DNA of 64,000 nucleotides from Candidatus Eiseniibacteriota bacterium (lineage in GTDB: Bacteria > Eisenbacteria > RBG-16-71-46 > JABDJR01): contig CAVXKA010000001.1 of NCBI GenBank assembly GCA_963762255.1, positions 1,568,001 through 1,632,000 on the forward strand, written 5' to 3'. The position numbers and the translations under genes were made by a program. Positions 1-9,323 of the stretch are shown piece by piece; positions within the stretch are counted from its first letter, which is position 1, and each line of letters begins with the position of its first letter. The notes beneath the pieces are model-generated. The model ran no database searches and was not told the DNA's origin. It saw nothing but the letters and a program-made list of their open reading frames with translations.

Positions 1-250
1 CGTCGACCACCTGGAGGATCGTCGACTCCGTGTCCCGCGCGGCGAGGTCGAACGGGGGATAGATCTTGAGGACGAGCGAATCACCCACCGCGTAAACAGG
101 AAGCGATCCGTCTGGGTAGCGGCGCAGCGATGTCGGCGCGAGCCCGAGGATGTCGCACATGGCGTCGACCCCCGGCCGCAGCAATGCCTCGTCCCGGCTC
201 AAGGGCTCGTACTCGCTGAGGCTGTGGACGGATGGAAAGCGTGTTGTCAT
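1..250 (-). CDS. aminoglycoside phosphotransferase/kinase-like protein, N-terminal part (runs off window start)
   Basis: Manual translation from ATG at 250: MTTRFPSVHSLSEYEPLSRDEALLRPGVDAMCDILGLAPTSLRRYPDGSLPVYAVGDSLVLKIYPPFD...E; resembles the APH N-lobe (G-S-x-x-V-Y...V-L-K-I-Y). Not in the ORF track. Confidence 0.6.
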   Translation of the reverse strand, partial: MTTRFPSVHSLSEYEPLSRDEALLRPGVDAMCDILGLAPTSLRRYPDGSLPVYAVGDSLVLKIYPPFDLAARDTESTILQVVD

Positions 251-301
251 GATGGAGCCGTGCATTATGAAGCGAGCGGGCCGGGTTCGGAAAGGTGACG
301 C

Positions 302-604
302 ATGATGAAGGACGAGCTTCAAGAGCTTCCCGGGGTCGGCCCCAGCATCGCCGCGGACCTGCGTTCCCTCGGCGTGCGCTCCATCCGCGATCTTGCTCGT
401 CGCGATCCGGAACGGTTGTACGCGCGCCTCTGCGAGCAGACCGGCGAACGCCAGGATCCGTGCGTGCTCTACACGTTTCGCTGCGCCGTCTACGCGGCCC
501 GAACCGAAGCGCCGGACGCATCGCTGCTGAAATGGTGGGCATGGAAGGAACGGCGGCTCGGCCCCGACGGCGCCCCTACTGGGGGCGGAGGGGGAGCGCG
601 CTGA
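302..604 (+). CDS. Cdd1/mitomycin-resistance-like helix-hairpin-helix protein
   Basis: LQELPGVGPSIAADLRSLG HhH motif, then DPERLY...QDPCVLYTFRCAV...WWAW. Confidence 0.8.
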   Translation: MMKDELQELPGVGPSIAADLRSLGVRSIRDLARRDPERLYARLCEQTGERQDPCVLYTFRCAVYAARTEAPDASLLKWWAWKERRLGPDGAPTGGGGGAR

Positions 605-1131
605 TCACCGAAGCACTCATCCGGGCGCTGGTGGATCGATTCGTCATGCCCCCGTCCGGCCCCCACGGCATCTATCACTGGGCCCGCGTGCTGGAGAACG
701 GCAGGCGTCTGGCCGAATCGACGGGAGCGGACCTGACCGTCGTGGAGCTGTTCGCCGTGTTTCACGACTCCTGTCGGGTCAACGACGGGTCGGATCGCGG
801 TCACGGGCAGCGGGGAGCGGATCTCGCGCTCGAGCTTCGCGGCGCGTTCGTCCACTTGCCCGACGACCGATTCGAACTCCTCTACACCGCCTGCGCGCGG
901 CACACATCGGGCGGCCGCGAGGCGGACGTCACCGTGCAGACCTGCTGGGACGCCGACCGTCTCGACCTCGGCCGGGTCGGCACCACGCCGCGCCCCGAAT
1001 TCCTCTGTACGCCCGCGGCGCGGTCCCCGGGGATGCTGACCTGGGCCACCGAACGCGGGTTTGCGCGCGTCGAGCCCTCGTTGGTGACCACCGAATGGGG
1101 TCTCGATTGGAGTCGCGATGGATTCCTATAG
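601..1131 (+). CDS. HD-domain phosphohydrolase
   Basis: HGIYHWARV...FHDSCR...HG...RH...CWDADRLDL; probable CTG start overlapping the upstream TGA, with GGAG just upstream. Confidence 0.8.
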   Translation: MITEALIRALVDRFVMPPSGPHGIYHWARVLENGRRLAESTGADLTVVELFAVFHDSCRVNDGSDRGHGQRGADLALELRGAFVHLPDDRFELLYTACARHTSGGREADVTVQTCWDADRLDLGRVGTTPRPEFLCTPAARSPGMLTWATERGFARVEPSLVTTEWGLDWSRDGFL

Positions 1132-1143
1132 AAGCGACGCATC

Positions 1144-2116
1144 ATGATCGAACCGCGGCGCCTGGGGCGCACCGACATCGCCGTCTCCGCCATCGGTCTC
1201 GGTTGCTGGCAGTTCTCGCAGGGTCGCGGATTCCTCGGCGCATTCTGGCCGGTGCTGCCGCAGGAGACCGTGAACCGCATCGTCGCCGTGAGCCTCGCCG
1301 GCGGCATCACCTGGTTCGACACGGCGGAGTCGTACGGCGACGGGCTCTCCGAGACCGCGCTCGCCGCAGCGCTCACCGCGGCGGGCAAGCGGAACGGAGA
1401 TGTGGTCGTCGCCAGCAAGTGGCGGCCGTTCTTCCGCACCGCCGCGAGCATCCGGAACACGATCGGCACGCGACTGGATCGCCTGCTGCCGTTCGGGATC
1501 GATCTTCACCAGATCCACCACCCTTTCGCCTTCGCGTCGATCGCGGCCCAGATGCACGCGATGGCCGACCTGGTGGAGGCCGGGCGCATCCGTTCGGTGG
1601 GCGTCAGCAACTGCTCCGCAGCGGCCATGCGCACCGCGCACGGCGCTCTTGCCTCGCGCGGCATTCCCCTCGCCACCAACCAGGTCCGCTACAGTCTGGC
1701 CGACCGGCGCATCGAGAAGAACGGCGTGCTCGAAACCGCGCGGGAACTCGGCATCACCATCATCGCCTACTCGCCGCTCGCCCAGGGGATTCTCACCGGC
1801 AAGTTCCACCGCGATCCCGCGCTCATCCGTTCGAGACCCGGTCCGCGACGTTGGATGAGTACCTTCCGGCACGGAGGCCTCGGCAGATCCCGCCCGTTGG
1901 TGGAGATCGATCCAGGAGATCGCGCGCGCTCACGAGGCCACGCCGGCCCAGGTCGCGCTAAACTGGCTCGTGCACGCGCGCGGCGAGGTCGTCGTGGCGA
2001 TCCCCGGTGCCACCACCGTCGAGCAGGCGGTGGAGAACGCGGGTGCGATGGGTTTCCGCCTCTCCGACTCCGAGATCGCGCGCCTGGAGGAGATCTCGCG
2101 GCCGTTCCTTGGGTGA
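1144..2116 (+). CDS. aldo/keto reductase (one +1 frameshift near 1908)
   Basis: GLGCWQ, FDTAESYG, SK, IGVSN-like VGVSN, NQVRYSL, AYSPLAQG. The C-terminus IQEIARAHEATPAQVALNWL...VVAIPGA...ENAGA continues in the +1 frame to TGA at 2114-2116. Confidence 0.85.
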
Positions 2117-2126
2117 GGATCACATC

Positions 2127-2432
2127 ATGAATCGCGGTGAGTTCGACGCGTCGCTCAAATCCGATCGGGTCGTGGTGATCGCGCCCGCGGACTGGCCTGA
2201 CCTGTCCGCAATCTTCACGGAGATCGAGCGGCACGACACCGGATTCGCCGGATCGTTGGTCTTGCTGAGCTTCGATGACGGCTTTGCGGCTCTGGAGCAG
2301 CCCTCGGCGGATCGGTGGGTTGTACGGCGGCTCGGCGATCGTCCAGAAGCCGACCGGTTCATCCAGGATCGACTCGCGCAGTACGAACGCATGTGGGACG
2401 GCTGCGGGTGCCGGATCGACTACTATTCCTGA
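2127..2432 (+). CDS. hypothetical protein with C-terminal WDGCGCRIDY motif
   Basis: ATG 2127 after GAGGA; fits exactly between neighbours. Confidence 0.65.
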   Translation: MNRGEFDASLKSDRVVVIAPADWPDLSAIFTEIERHDTGFAGSLVLLSFDDGFAALEQPSADRWVVRRLGDRPEADRFIQDRLAQYERMWDGCGCRIDYYS

Positions 2433-2445
2433 GGGAGGCACGAAC

Positions 2446-3126
2446 ATGAGCATCGTCTTGCGGCGCGCGCTGGCCGGCCTCGTCCTCGTGGTCGGCATCC
2501 TCGTTCTGGGGCAGGCCGCGCCGCCCGCCCGCCCCTGGGACGCAGACATCCAGGCTTTCGAGAAGTCGGATCGCGAGAACCCACCCGTTCCGGGTGCCGT
2601 GCTCTTCGTCGGCAGTTCCTCGATCCGCATGTGGGAAACGCTGGCGGCGGACTTCCCGACGGCGTCCATCATTCACCGCGGCTTCGGCGGCTCGACCATG
2701 GCCGACGTCGTCGCCTACGCGGACCGCATCGTCATTCCATACAAGCCCCGGTTGATCGTGGTCTACGCCGGCGACAACGACATCAACGACGGAAAGACGC
2801 CGGAGCAGGTGCTGGCCGACTACCGGTCCCTCGTGGGCAGGGTCCGAGAGAAGCTCCCGGCCACACGCATGGCATTCATCTCGATCAAGCCGAGTCTGGC
2901 GCGCTGGAAGCTGGTGGAGCCGATGCGCAAGGCCAACGCCCTCGTGCGCGAGTACTCCGCAGGGGACAGCCTCCTCGCGTACATCGACGTCTTCACGCCG
3001 ATGCTGGGCGCGGACGGCACGCCCCGCAAGGACCTCTTCATGGAGGACGGTCTTCACTTGAACGCCGAGGGGTACGCTCTCTGGAAGTCGGTGGTGGCGC
3101 CGTTCATCGTGGAACCGAAGCGCTGA
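2446..3126 (+). CDS. secreted SGNH/GDSL hydrolase
   Basis: Signal peptide; FVGSSS, RGFGGS, YAGDND, DGLH blocks; GGGAGG RBS. Confidence 0.9.
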   Translation: MSIVLRRALAGLVLVVGILVLGQAAPPARPWDADIQAFEKSDRENPPVPGAVLFVGSSSIRMWETLAADFPTASIIHRGFGGSTMADVVAYADRIVIPYKPRLIVVYAGDNDINDGKTPEQVLADYRSLVGRVREKLPATRMAFISIKPSLARWKLVEPMRKANALVREYSAGDSLLAYIDVFTPMLGADGTPRKDLFMEDGLHLNAEGYALWKSVVAPFIVEPKR

Positions 3127-3824
3127 TGGATGCAACGAAGCGCCCGCGGGTGAAGATCTGCTGCATCATGTCCGAGGTCGAGGCGGAGATCGCCGTCGCT
3201 CTTGGGGCAAGCGCGCTCGGTCTGGTCGCGGAGATGCCGAGCGGTCCCGGCGTGATCCCGGACGCCGAGATCGCCCGGATCGCCCGGCGCGTGCCTCCCG
3301 GCGTGGCCAGCGTTCTTCTCACCAGCCGGCGCGACCCGGTCTCCATCATCGCGCACCAGCGCGCGACAGGGACGAGCGTGATCCAGCTCGTGGACTCCCT
3401 GGCCGCCGGCAGCTACGAAGACCTGCGCGCCGCGCTGCCCGGCATCAAGCTCGTGCAGGTGATCCACGTCACTGGAGAAGACTCAATCGAGCGGGCCGTG
3501 CGCGTGGCGCCGCACGTGGACGCGCTGCTCTTGGACTCCGGGCGCCCGGATCTTGCCGTCAAAGAGCTGGGAGGCACGGGCCGCCGCCACGACTGGACGC
3601 TGAGCCGGCGCATCCGCGAGCTCTCGCCGATCCCGGTCTACCTGGCCGGTGGCTTGTGTCCGGAGAACGCGGCACGCGCTATCGTTGAGGTGGGCGCGTT
3701 CGGTCTCGACGTGTGCAGCGGCGTACGCACCGACGGACGACTGGATCCGGTCAAGCTTGCCGCGTTCATGATGGCGGCCGGGCGGGGCCCGCAAGACGGT
3801 TTCGGCCCGCGACAGGAAGCATGA
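3126..3824 (+). CDS. trpF: phosphoribosylanthranilate isomerase (TrpF family)
   Basis: VKICCI, LLLDSG, GGTGRRHDW, LAGGL, GLDVCSGV. Confidence 0.85.
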   Translation: MDATKRPRVKICCIMSEVEAEIAVALGASALGLVAEMPSGPGVIPDAEIARIARRVPPGVASVLLTSRRDPVSIIAHQRATGTSVIQLVDSLAAGSYEDLRAALPGIKLVQVIHVTGEDSIERAVRVAPHVDALLLDSGRPDLAVKELGGTGRRHDWTLSRRIRELSPIPVYLAGGLCPENAARAIVEVGAFGLDVCSGVRTDGRLDPVKLAAFMMAAGRGPQDGFGPRQEA

Positions 3825-3840
3825 AGGGAAAGTGCGAACG

Positions 3841-4179
3841 ATGAAGGACACGGTGGTTCTGGTTACACGGCAAGGCATGGGAAGCGGGGACTTGGCGCTA
3901 CAACGGAAGTTGTTCATCACCTACCTCAAGGTCCTTCTGGAAAACGGATCTCTCCCCGGCGCCCTATGCTTCTACACCGACGGGGTCAAGTTGGTGGTGG
4001 AGGGCTCGCCGGTCCTGGATCTGCTCAAGGAATTCGAGACCCGGGGAGTTCACCTCATTCTCTGCCGGACCTGCCTGGAGTACTTCGGCCTGCTCGATCA
4101 GGTCCGCGTCGGAGTGGTCGGCGGCATGGGCGACATCGTCGCCGCCCAGACGATGGCTTCGAAGGTGGTGGCGATCTAG
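3841..4179 (+). CDS. DsrE-family / YedF-like sulfur(selenium)-relay protein
   Basis: GMGSGD..L...FYTDGVKL...CRTCLEYFG...VGVVGGMGDI. Confidence 0.8.
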   Translation: MKDTVVLVTRQGMGSGDLALQRKLFITYLKVLLENGSLPGALCFYTDGVKLVVEGSPVLDLLKEFETRGVHLILCRTCLEYFGLLDQVRVGVVGGMGDIVAAQTMASKVVAI

Positions 4180-4848
4180 ATGCAGCGAGAACATGGACTG
4201 CGTCCGCAGTCGCGAGGCGAGGAGATCGCCAACAGCATCAGCCACGGGGTCGGCTTCCTCGCAAGCCTCGTGGGGGCTCCGTTCCTCATCGTCGCCGCGG
4301 TGCGCGAGGGGAGTGCGTGGAACGTGGTCGGCGCCAGCATCTTCGTGGCGTCGATGACGCTGCTCTACCTCTCCTCCACTCTCTATCACGCAATCCCCCA
4401 CGAGCGCGTGAAGCGGGTCTTCTGGGTCTTCGATCACGGCGCCATCTACCTGCTCATCGCCGGCACCTACACGCCGTTCACTCTAGGCGTCTTGCGGGGA
4501 GGTTGGGGCTGGACGCTCTTCGGTCTGGTATGGGGGATGGCCATCCTGGGGATCACGCTCAAGTCGGTGGGGCGCATTCGGCATCCGGTCTGGTCCACCG
4601 CCCTCTATCTCGGGATGGCGTGGTTGATCGTGATCGCGGTGCGCCCCCTGAGCCAGCATCTGCCGCTTCCGGGCCTCATCTGGTTGGGAATGGGTGGATT
4701 GTTCTACACCGGCGGCGTGGGCTTCTACGTGGCCAGGAAGGTGCGCTACAGCCATCTCGTGTGGCACTTCTTCGTGCTGGCCGGCACCGCGTGCCACTAC
4801 TTCGCGATCTTGTGGTACGCGTCGAATCCGAGGGAGTACTTGCGATGA
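4180..4848 (+). CDS. hemolysin III / PAQR family membrane protein
   Basis: EEIANSISHG, SSTLYH, DHGAIYLLIAGTYTP, HLVWHFFV, CHY. Confidence 0.92.
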   Translation: MQREHGLRPQSRGEEIANSISHGVGFLASLVGAPFLIVAAVREGSAWNVVGASIFVASMTLLYLSSTLYHAIPHERVKRVFWVFDHGAIYLLIAGTYTPFTLGVLRGGWGWTLFGLVWGMAILGITLKSVGRIRHPVWSTALYLGMAWLIVIAVRPLSQHLPLPGLIWLGMGGLFYTGGVGFYVARKVRYSHLVWHFFVLAGTACHYFAILWYASNPREYLR

Positions 4849-4945
4849 CACGACGAGTCGTCTCTGCCGCGACGCTCGTGGTCACGATTCTGCTCGCCAC
4901 CGGTGGGGGTCCGCCGGACGCGAAGCATTCGACAAGGAGGGGACC

Positions 4946-5422
4946 GTGTCGTTCGCCCTCACATCGTCCGCGTTCTCGCACGATGGATCCATACCCGCGA
5001 AGCACACGTGCGACGGCAAGGATGTCTCGCCGGCTCTGCGGTGGGCGGGAATCCCGCCCGGCAGCAAGAGCCTTGCCCTCATCGTCGACGATCCGGACGC
5101 GCCGGATCCCAAGGCGCCCAAGATGACCTGGGTGCACTGGGTGCTCTACAACATGCCGCCCACCGCGGGTGAGCTTCCGGAGTCGGTGGCGGTGAAAGCG
5201 CTGCCGGCGGGCACGCTAGAAGGGATCAATGACTGGAAACGCACCGGCTACGGGGGGCCGTGCCCTCCGATCGGCCGGCACCGCTACTTCCACAAGCTCT
5301 ACGCACTCGACGTGGCGCTCCCTGATCTGCACGGCCCCACGAAGACCAAGCTGGAAGCGGCGATGAAGGGACACATCCTGGCCGAGGCGGTGCTGATGGG
5401 AACCTACCAGCGCGAGAGGTAA
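4946..5422 (+). CDS. YbhB/YbcL (PEBP) family protein
   Basis: LTSSAF...DPDAP...WVHW...GYGGPCPP...HRY; AAGGAGG before GTG 4946. Confidence 0.9.
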   Translation: MSFALTSSAFSHDGSIPAKHTCDGKDVSPALRWAGIPPGSKSLALIVDDPDAPDPKAPKMTWVHWVLYNMPPTAGELPESVAVKALPAGTLEGINDWKRTGYGGPCPPIGRHRYFHKLYALDVALPDLHGPTKTKLEAAMKGHILAEAVLMGTYQRER

Positions 5423-5429
5423 GGCCCCG

Positions 5430-6575
5430 ATGACGCGCGAGATTCCCACCCTGCTCACCTCCCGCCTCACCTTGCGGCCGCTGCGTGCGGACGACCTCGA
5501 CGCTTTCCATCGGATCCTCTGCGAGCCGGACGTGCTGCGCTACTTCCCGAAACCCGAACCGCCATCGCGCGAGCGTGTGCGCGAGATCATCGAGGTTCAA
5601 GAGCGACACTGGGCGGAGCGCGGCTACGGCTGGTGGGCGGTTTCCCTCCGAGGTGCCGACGATTTCATCGGCTGGTGCGGCCTGCAGTACCTCCCCGACA
5701 CCGACGAGGTGGAGGTGGCCTGCCTGCTCGGTTCCACACATTGGGGGAAGGGATACGCCGTGGAAGGGGGCGCCGCGGCCCTCGCGTATGGATTCCGCGA
5801 GCTAGGGGCGAAGTCGATCGTGGCCGTCGTCCATCCGCAGAACTCGAACTCGCGCCGCGCGGTCGAGAAGCTCGGCTTGGCCTTCACCAACGACGCCTGC
5901 TACTTCGGCATGGACGCCCGTCGCTACGCGATCGATCGGGCCGCGTTCGCTGCGTGTGCGGGGGCGGGCGCGCGGCCCGGGAAGGCCGCCACGAAGTTCG
6001 AAGATCTCACGACGCCGCGACTCGTTCTGCGCCGGCTCCGCTCGGAAGATGCCGAATCGATGTTCCGCTACCGCTCACACCCGGTGGTCTCGCGATTCCA
6101 GAGTTGGGCGCCGGGAGCGCCGTCGGTGACCGCGGCCTTCATCGAGGAGCAGATCCGCATCGAGCCTGACACACCGGGGACGTGGTTGCAGCTCGGCATC
6201 GTCGCCAGCGACTCGGGCGAGCTCATCGGCGATTGCGGGATCCACTTCCCGCCGGGAACGAGCCACGACGTGGAACTGGGGATAACGCTGGCCGCGCAGC
6301 ACCAGGGACGCGGGTACGCGATGGAAGCACTGGAGGCGGTACTCGAGTACGTGTTCGAGCGGCTGGGGAAGCGACGCGTTTACGGTTCGGTCGATCCCCG
6401 AAACGCCCGGTCGCTCCATCTCCTGGAGCGGGCCGGGCTGCGCCGGGAAGCGCACTTCCGCGAGAGCCTGTGGTTCAAAGGGGCGTGGGCGGACGACGTG
6501 ATCTATGCCATGCTGGTGGGCGAATGGCGCTCGATGCGCCCGGCGCGGGTCGTCGATCGCGGAGGGTTCGACTGA
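5430..6575 (+). CDS. tandem RimJ/RimL-type GNAT acetyltransferase
   Basis: Two repeats of T.RL.LR...WG/QG.GYA.E...N..S..L.EK/R.G. Confidence 0.88.
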   Translation: MTREIPTLLTSRLTLRPLRADDLDAFHRILCEPDVLRYFPKPEPPSRERVREIIEVQERHWAERGYGWWAVSLRGADDFIGWCGLQYLPDTDEVEVACLLGSTHWGKGYAVEGGAAALAYGFRELGAKSIVAVVHPQNSNSRRAVEKLGLAFTNDACYFGMDARRYAIDRAAFAACAGAGARPGKAATKFEDLTTPRLVLRRLRSEDAESMFRYRSHPVVSRFQSWAPGAPSVTAAFIEEQIRIEPDTPGTWLQLGIVASDSGELIGDCGIHFPPGTSHDVELGITLAAQHQGRGYAMEALEAVLEYVFERLGKRRVYGSVDPRNARSLHLLERAGLRREAHFRESLWFKGAWADDVIYAMLVGEWRSMRPARVVDRGGFD

Positions 6576-6579
6576 TATC

Positions 6580-6969
6580 ATGCACGCTCATCGCCCTCAA
6601 CTGACCGCGCTCCCTCCTCGCAGGGCGTTCCTGCTCCGCCTCCTGAGCAGAATGATCATCGGCGCTGTGATTATCGGCTTCTGCTTGGGTGTGGGGGTGC
6701 TGGGCTACCACGTCTTCGCGGGACTCTCGTGGCTCGATGCGCTTCTCAACGCATCGATGATCCTGACCGGTATGGGGCCGGTGGACCCGATGAAGACGAC
6801 CGCCGCCAAGCTCTTCGCCTCGTTCTACGCGCTTTTCAGCGGGGTCGCGTTCATTTCCATCATCGGCGTGCTGCTCGCCCCGGTTGTGCATCGGTTTCTG
6901 CACCGCTTCCACCTGGAGTTGGCCTCGGACGTCCCGGACGACGACTCCGCGCCGCGGCCCGGGCAGTGA
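6580..6969 (+). CDS. small membrane protein, 2TM + pore-helix (ion channel-like) layout
   Basis: TM - SWLDALLNASMILTGMGP - TM arrangement. Confidence 0.65.
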   Translation: MHAHRPQLTALPPRRAFLLRLLSRMIIGAVIIGFCLGVGVLGYHVFAGLSWLDALLNASMILTGMGPVDPMKTTAAKLFASFYALFSGVAFISIIGVLLAPVVHRFLHRFHLELASDVPDDDSAPRPGQ

Positions 6970-6983
6970 ACCGGGAGGGTTCC

Positions 6984-7271
6984 ATGTCGGCCTTCGTGAT
7001 CCTGGATGTGGATGTGACCGACCCCGCTCTGTACGAGGAGTACAAGAAGCTATCCGGACCGGCGCTGCTGCCGTTCGGGGGTCGCTTCGTCGTGCGCGGC
7101 GGTCCGGTGGAAGTCATCGAAGGCGATTGGCGTCCGTCGCGCGTGGTTGTGCTCGAGTTCCCGAGCGCCGAGCGCGCGCGTGCGTGGTGGGGCTCCGAGA
7201 TCTACCGCGGGGCGAAGGCCATTCGGCAACGGGCCTCGCGCGGCAACATGATCCTCCTGGAGGGTGCGTAG
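6984..7271 (+). CDS. DUF1330 family protein
   Basis: GGRFVVRGG..EVIEG.W...VVLEFPS...A.AWW.S..Y. Confidence 0.9.
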   Translation: MSAFVILDVDVTDPALYEEYKKLSGPALLPFGGRFVVRGGPVEVIEGDWRPSRVVVLEFPSAERARAWWGSEIYRGAKAIRQRASRGNMILLEGA

Positions 7272-7568
7272 ATGAAGTCCGCCGATCTGGTCGAGTACCA
7301 GCCTGGCGCGGTCGTGAGCCGTGCGTTGATCAAGAAGCCCACGGGCACGGTGACGGCCTTTGCGTTCGACGCCGGCGAGGGCTTGAGCGAGCACACGGCG
7401 CCGTTCGACGCGCTGGTCTTCGTGACCGACGGCGAGGCGGAGATCACCGTGGATGGTGTGCTCCACCCGGTGAAGGCGGGGGAGATGGTTGAATTGCCGG
7501 CCGGACGCCCCCATGCACTGAAGGCGATTCAGCGCTTCAAGATGGTGCTGGTGATGATCCGGGAATAG
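7272..7568 (+). CDS. cupin domain protein
   Basis: FAFDAGEGLSEHTAPFDA...PH ALKA. Confidence 0.9.
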   Translation: MKSADLVEYQPGAVVSRALIKKPTGTVTAFAFDAGEGLSEHTAPFDALVFVTDGEAEITVDGVLHPVKAGEMVELPAGRPHALKAIQRFKMVLVMIRE

Positions 7569-7651
7569 GCCGACCGGTTACTGCGCGCGCCGTTCAATTG
7601 CGCTATCTTGTGAATGGTCCCATTGGCCTGTAATTGAAGAGGAGGCACTGT

Positions 7652-8152
7652 ATGTACTCCATCGCCAAGCTCAGTCATGTCGTCGCCCTCTTGGCCCTGA
7701 CCGCCGTTGTCGGGTGCGCGGCGAGCAAGCCCTCGGTGAAGACCCCGCCCCCGCCGGTGTCGGCGATTCCGGCGGAGTTCGCCGAGATCCCCATGATGCG
7801 CTCATCGACGAACATCGAGCCCGCCGCCTTCAACGTGGCGATCGGGGCTGCGGCGGGTCGCAACGAGGACTGGGTGCGCGACCCAGGCCTGGTCGCCCTC
7901 CAACTGTCGAAGGCCGCCGATGCCCCCCGCGTGCGTCTCTACCGCGCGGACAACCAGATGGAATCGCCCGACTCGTCCACCGTGACGGTGATCATGGAGC
8001 GGCTTCCCGATGATGCCACCTACGGCATCTGGACCCAGTACCGCTTGACCCGCACGCAGGACGGGAGCTGGCGAGTGGCCGGCGTTCGGCAGGCCTACAA
8101 GAGCCGCCGCGGTGCCGACACCGAGTTCTACCGCACCGAGCCCACGCCCTGA
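7652..8152 (+). CDS. hypothetical lipoprotein
   Basis: GAGGAGG RBS; hydrophobic leader with VVG-C lipobox and Pro-rich linker. Confidence 0.7.
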   Translation: MYSIAKLSHVVALLALTAVVGCAASKPSVKTPPPPVSAIPAEFAEIPMMRSSTNIEPAAFNVAIGAAAGRNEDWVRDPGLVALQLSKAADAPRVRLYRADNQMESPDSSTVTVIMERLPDDATYGIWTQYRLTRTQDGSWRVAGVRQAYKSRRGADTEFYRTEPTP

Positions 8153-8161
8153 CCCGTGCGC

Positions 8162-9148
8162 ATGAACCTCTGGACGGTGGCGGCGCTCGTATTGCTCCTC
8201 AATCTCCCCTTCGGATACTGGAGGGCAAGCGTGGCCAGATTCTCGCGACCGTGGTTCTTGGCGGTGCATCTTCCCGTCCCGCTCGTGATAGGCCTGCGCA
8301 TGGTCTCCGGGCTTGGGTTCCAACTCGCCACGCTTCCCGTCATGGTCGGCGCGTTCTTCCTCGGCCAACTCCTCGGCGGATGGACGCGCCGATGGCGGAC
8401 CGCAGGGACACTGGTCCTGGTCGTATCGCTGGCCGTCGGGGCGTCGTCGTGCGGAAAGAGCAAGCAGCCGGCGCCGGGAGCGAAAGACGCACCGAGGAGC
8501 GTCATTGCGGCGAACGCGGACCCCGAATCGCTCTTCACCGCTCTCGAGGCCCGGCTCCTCGGCGCGCGCACGATCGACGTGGAGTACGACATCACCTCGG
8601 AGGGGTCCATCCCTTCGTCGGTCCAGGGCATGCTGACGGTGGCGACGGGGAACCGGGCCCACATGTCTCCGGCCGGGACGTTCATGGGTATGCCGGTCGA
8701 CCTCGCAATCGTCTCCGACGGATCGCGCCTGACCATTCAGAGAGACAGCACCATCGTCGGGGGGGCCACCCCTCCATTCCTCAACGAGGCGATCGTCATC
8801 GGTCTCACACGAATGGGCCATCTGCACAACATCGCCGTGTTGACCGGCGGCCTCCTGCCCGATCACTCGGACGGAGGAGCCGCGGATTGGGTGCGGCCCG
8901 CGAACTTCGCGCGGAGCGACTCGGTGGCGTCCCCCGATCCGACCTGGGTGACGGTGGCCTTCGACATCTTCATCGCGGACCGGAATGTGGCGCACGCGAC
9001 CCTCTGGCTGGATCCCGCGACCGGGCTTCCGGCCGGCCGCGCGCAGACGGTCTACTTCCCTTCCGGCGCCATGCGGGCGCGTGAGACGTACTCCAAGTTC
9101 TCCGTAGATGGGGAAGTTCCCCCCGAGCGGTTCGAGCCGGCGCACTGA
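8162..9148 (+). CDS. hypothetical: small multi-TM domain joined to a lipoprotein-like (LolA-fold-like) domain
   Basis: N-terminal NLPFGYWR...WFLAVHLPVP membrane domain, then a hydrophobic stretch ending ASS-C and a beta-rich domain (TLWLDPATGLP). Confidence 0.6.
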   Translation: MNLWTVAALVLLLNLPFGYWRASVARFSRPWFLAVHLPVPLVIGLRMVSGLGFQLATLPVMVGAFFLGQLLGGWTRRWRTAGTLVLVVSLAVGASSCGKSKQPAPGAKDAPRSVIAANADPESLFTALEARLLGARTIDVEYDITSEGSIPSSVQGMLTVATGNRAHMSPAGTFMGMPVDLAIVSDGSRLTIQRDSTIVGGATPPFLNEAIVIGLTRMGHLHNIAVLTGGLLPDHSDGGAADWVRPANFARSDSVASPDPTWVTVAFDIFIADRNVAHATLWLDPATGLPAGRAQTVYFPSGAMRARETYSKFSVDGEVPPERFEPAH

Positions 9149-9169
9149 GGCGAGCGGGCCCGGGATGCG

Positions 9170-9199
9170 TTGCCGCGTCCCCGATTTGCGTGCTATCCT
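9170..9199 (+). promoter_or_regulatory. putative sigma70 promoter of the glycosylation locus
   Basis: TTGCCG-18 bp-TATCCT with extended -10 TG, in the intergenic gap. Confidence 0.55.
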
Positions 9200-9323
9200 C
9201 TTGCGCTTCAATCCACTAGGCTTTCCGCGTCCGCGCTCCGCGAGCGTGCGCGCGGCGGCCCGCCGGTGCGGTTCCCGTCGCGCCGGATGAGTCTCAAACC
9301 GATCGCGAGGGGGCCCGCTGTCC

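Noticed and set aside
2127-4179. Selenocysteine read-through near the CGC-motif protein and the YedF-like gene
   Set aside because: The TGA at 2430 is followed directly by the next gene's RBS; no in-frame TGA at a Cys position and no SECIS seen.
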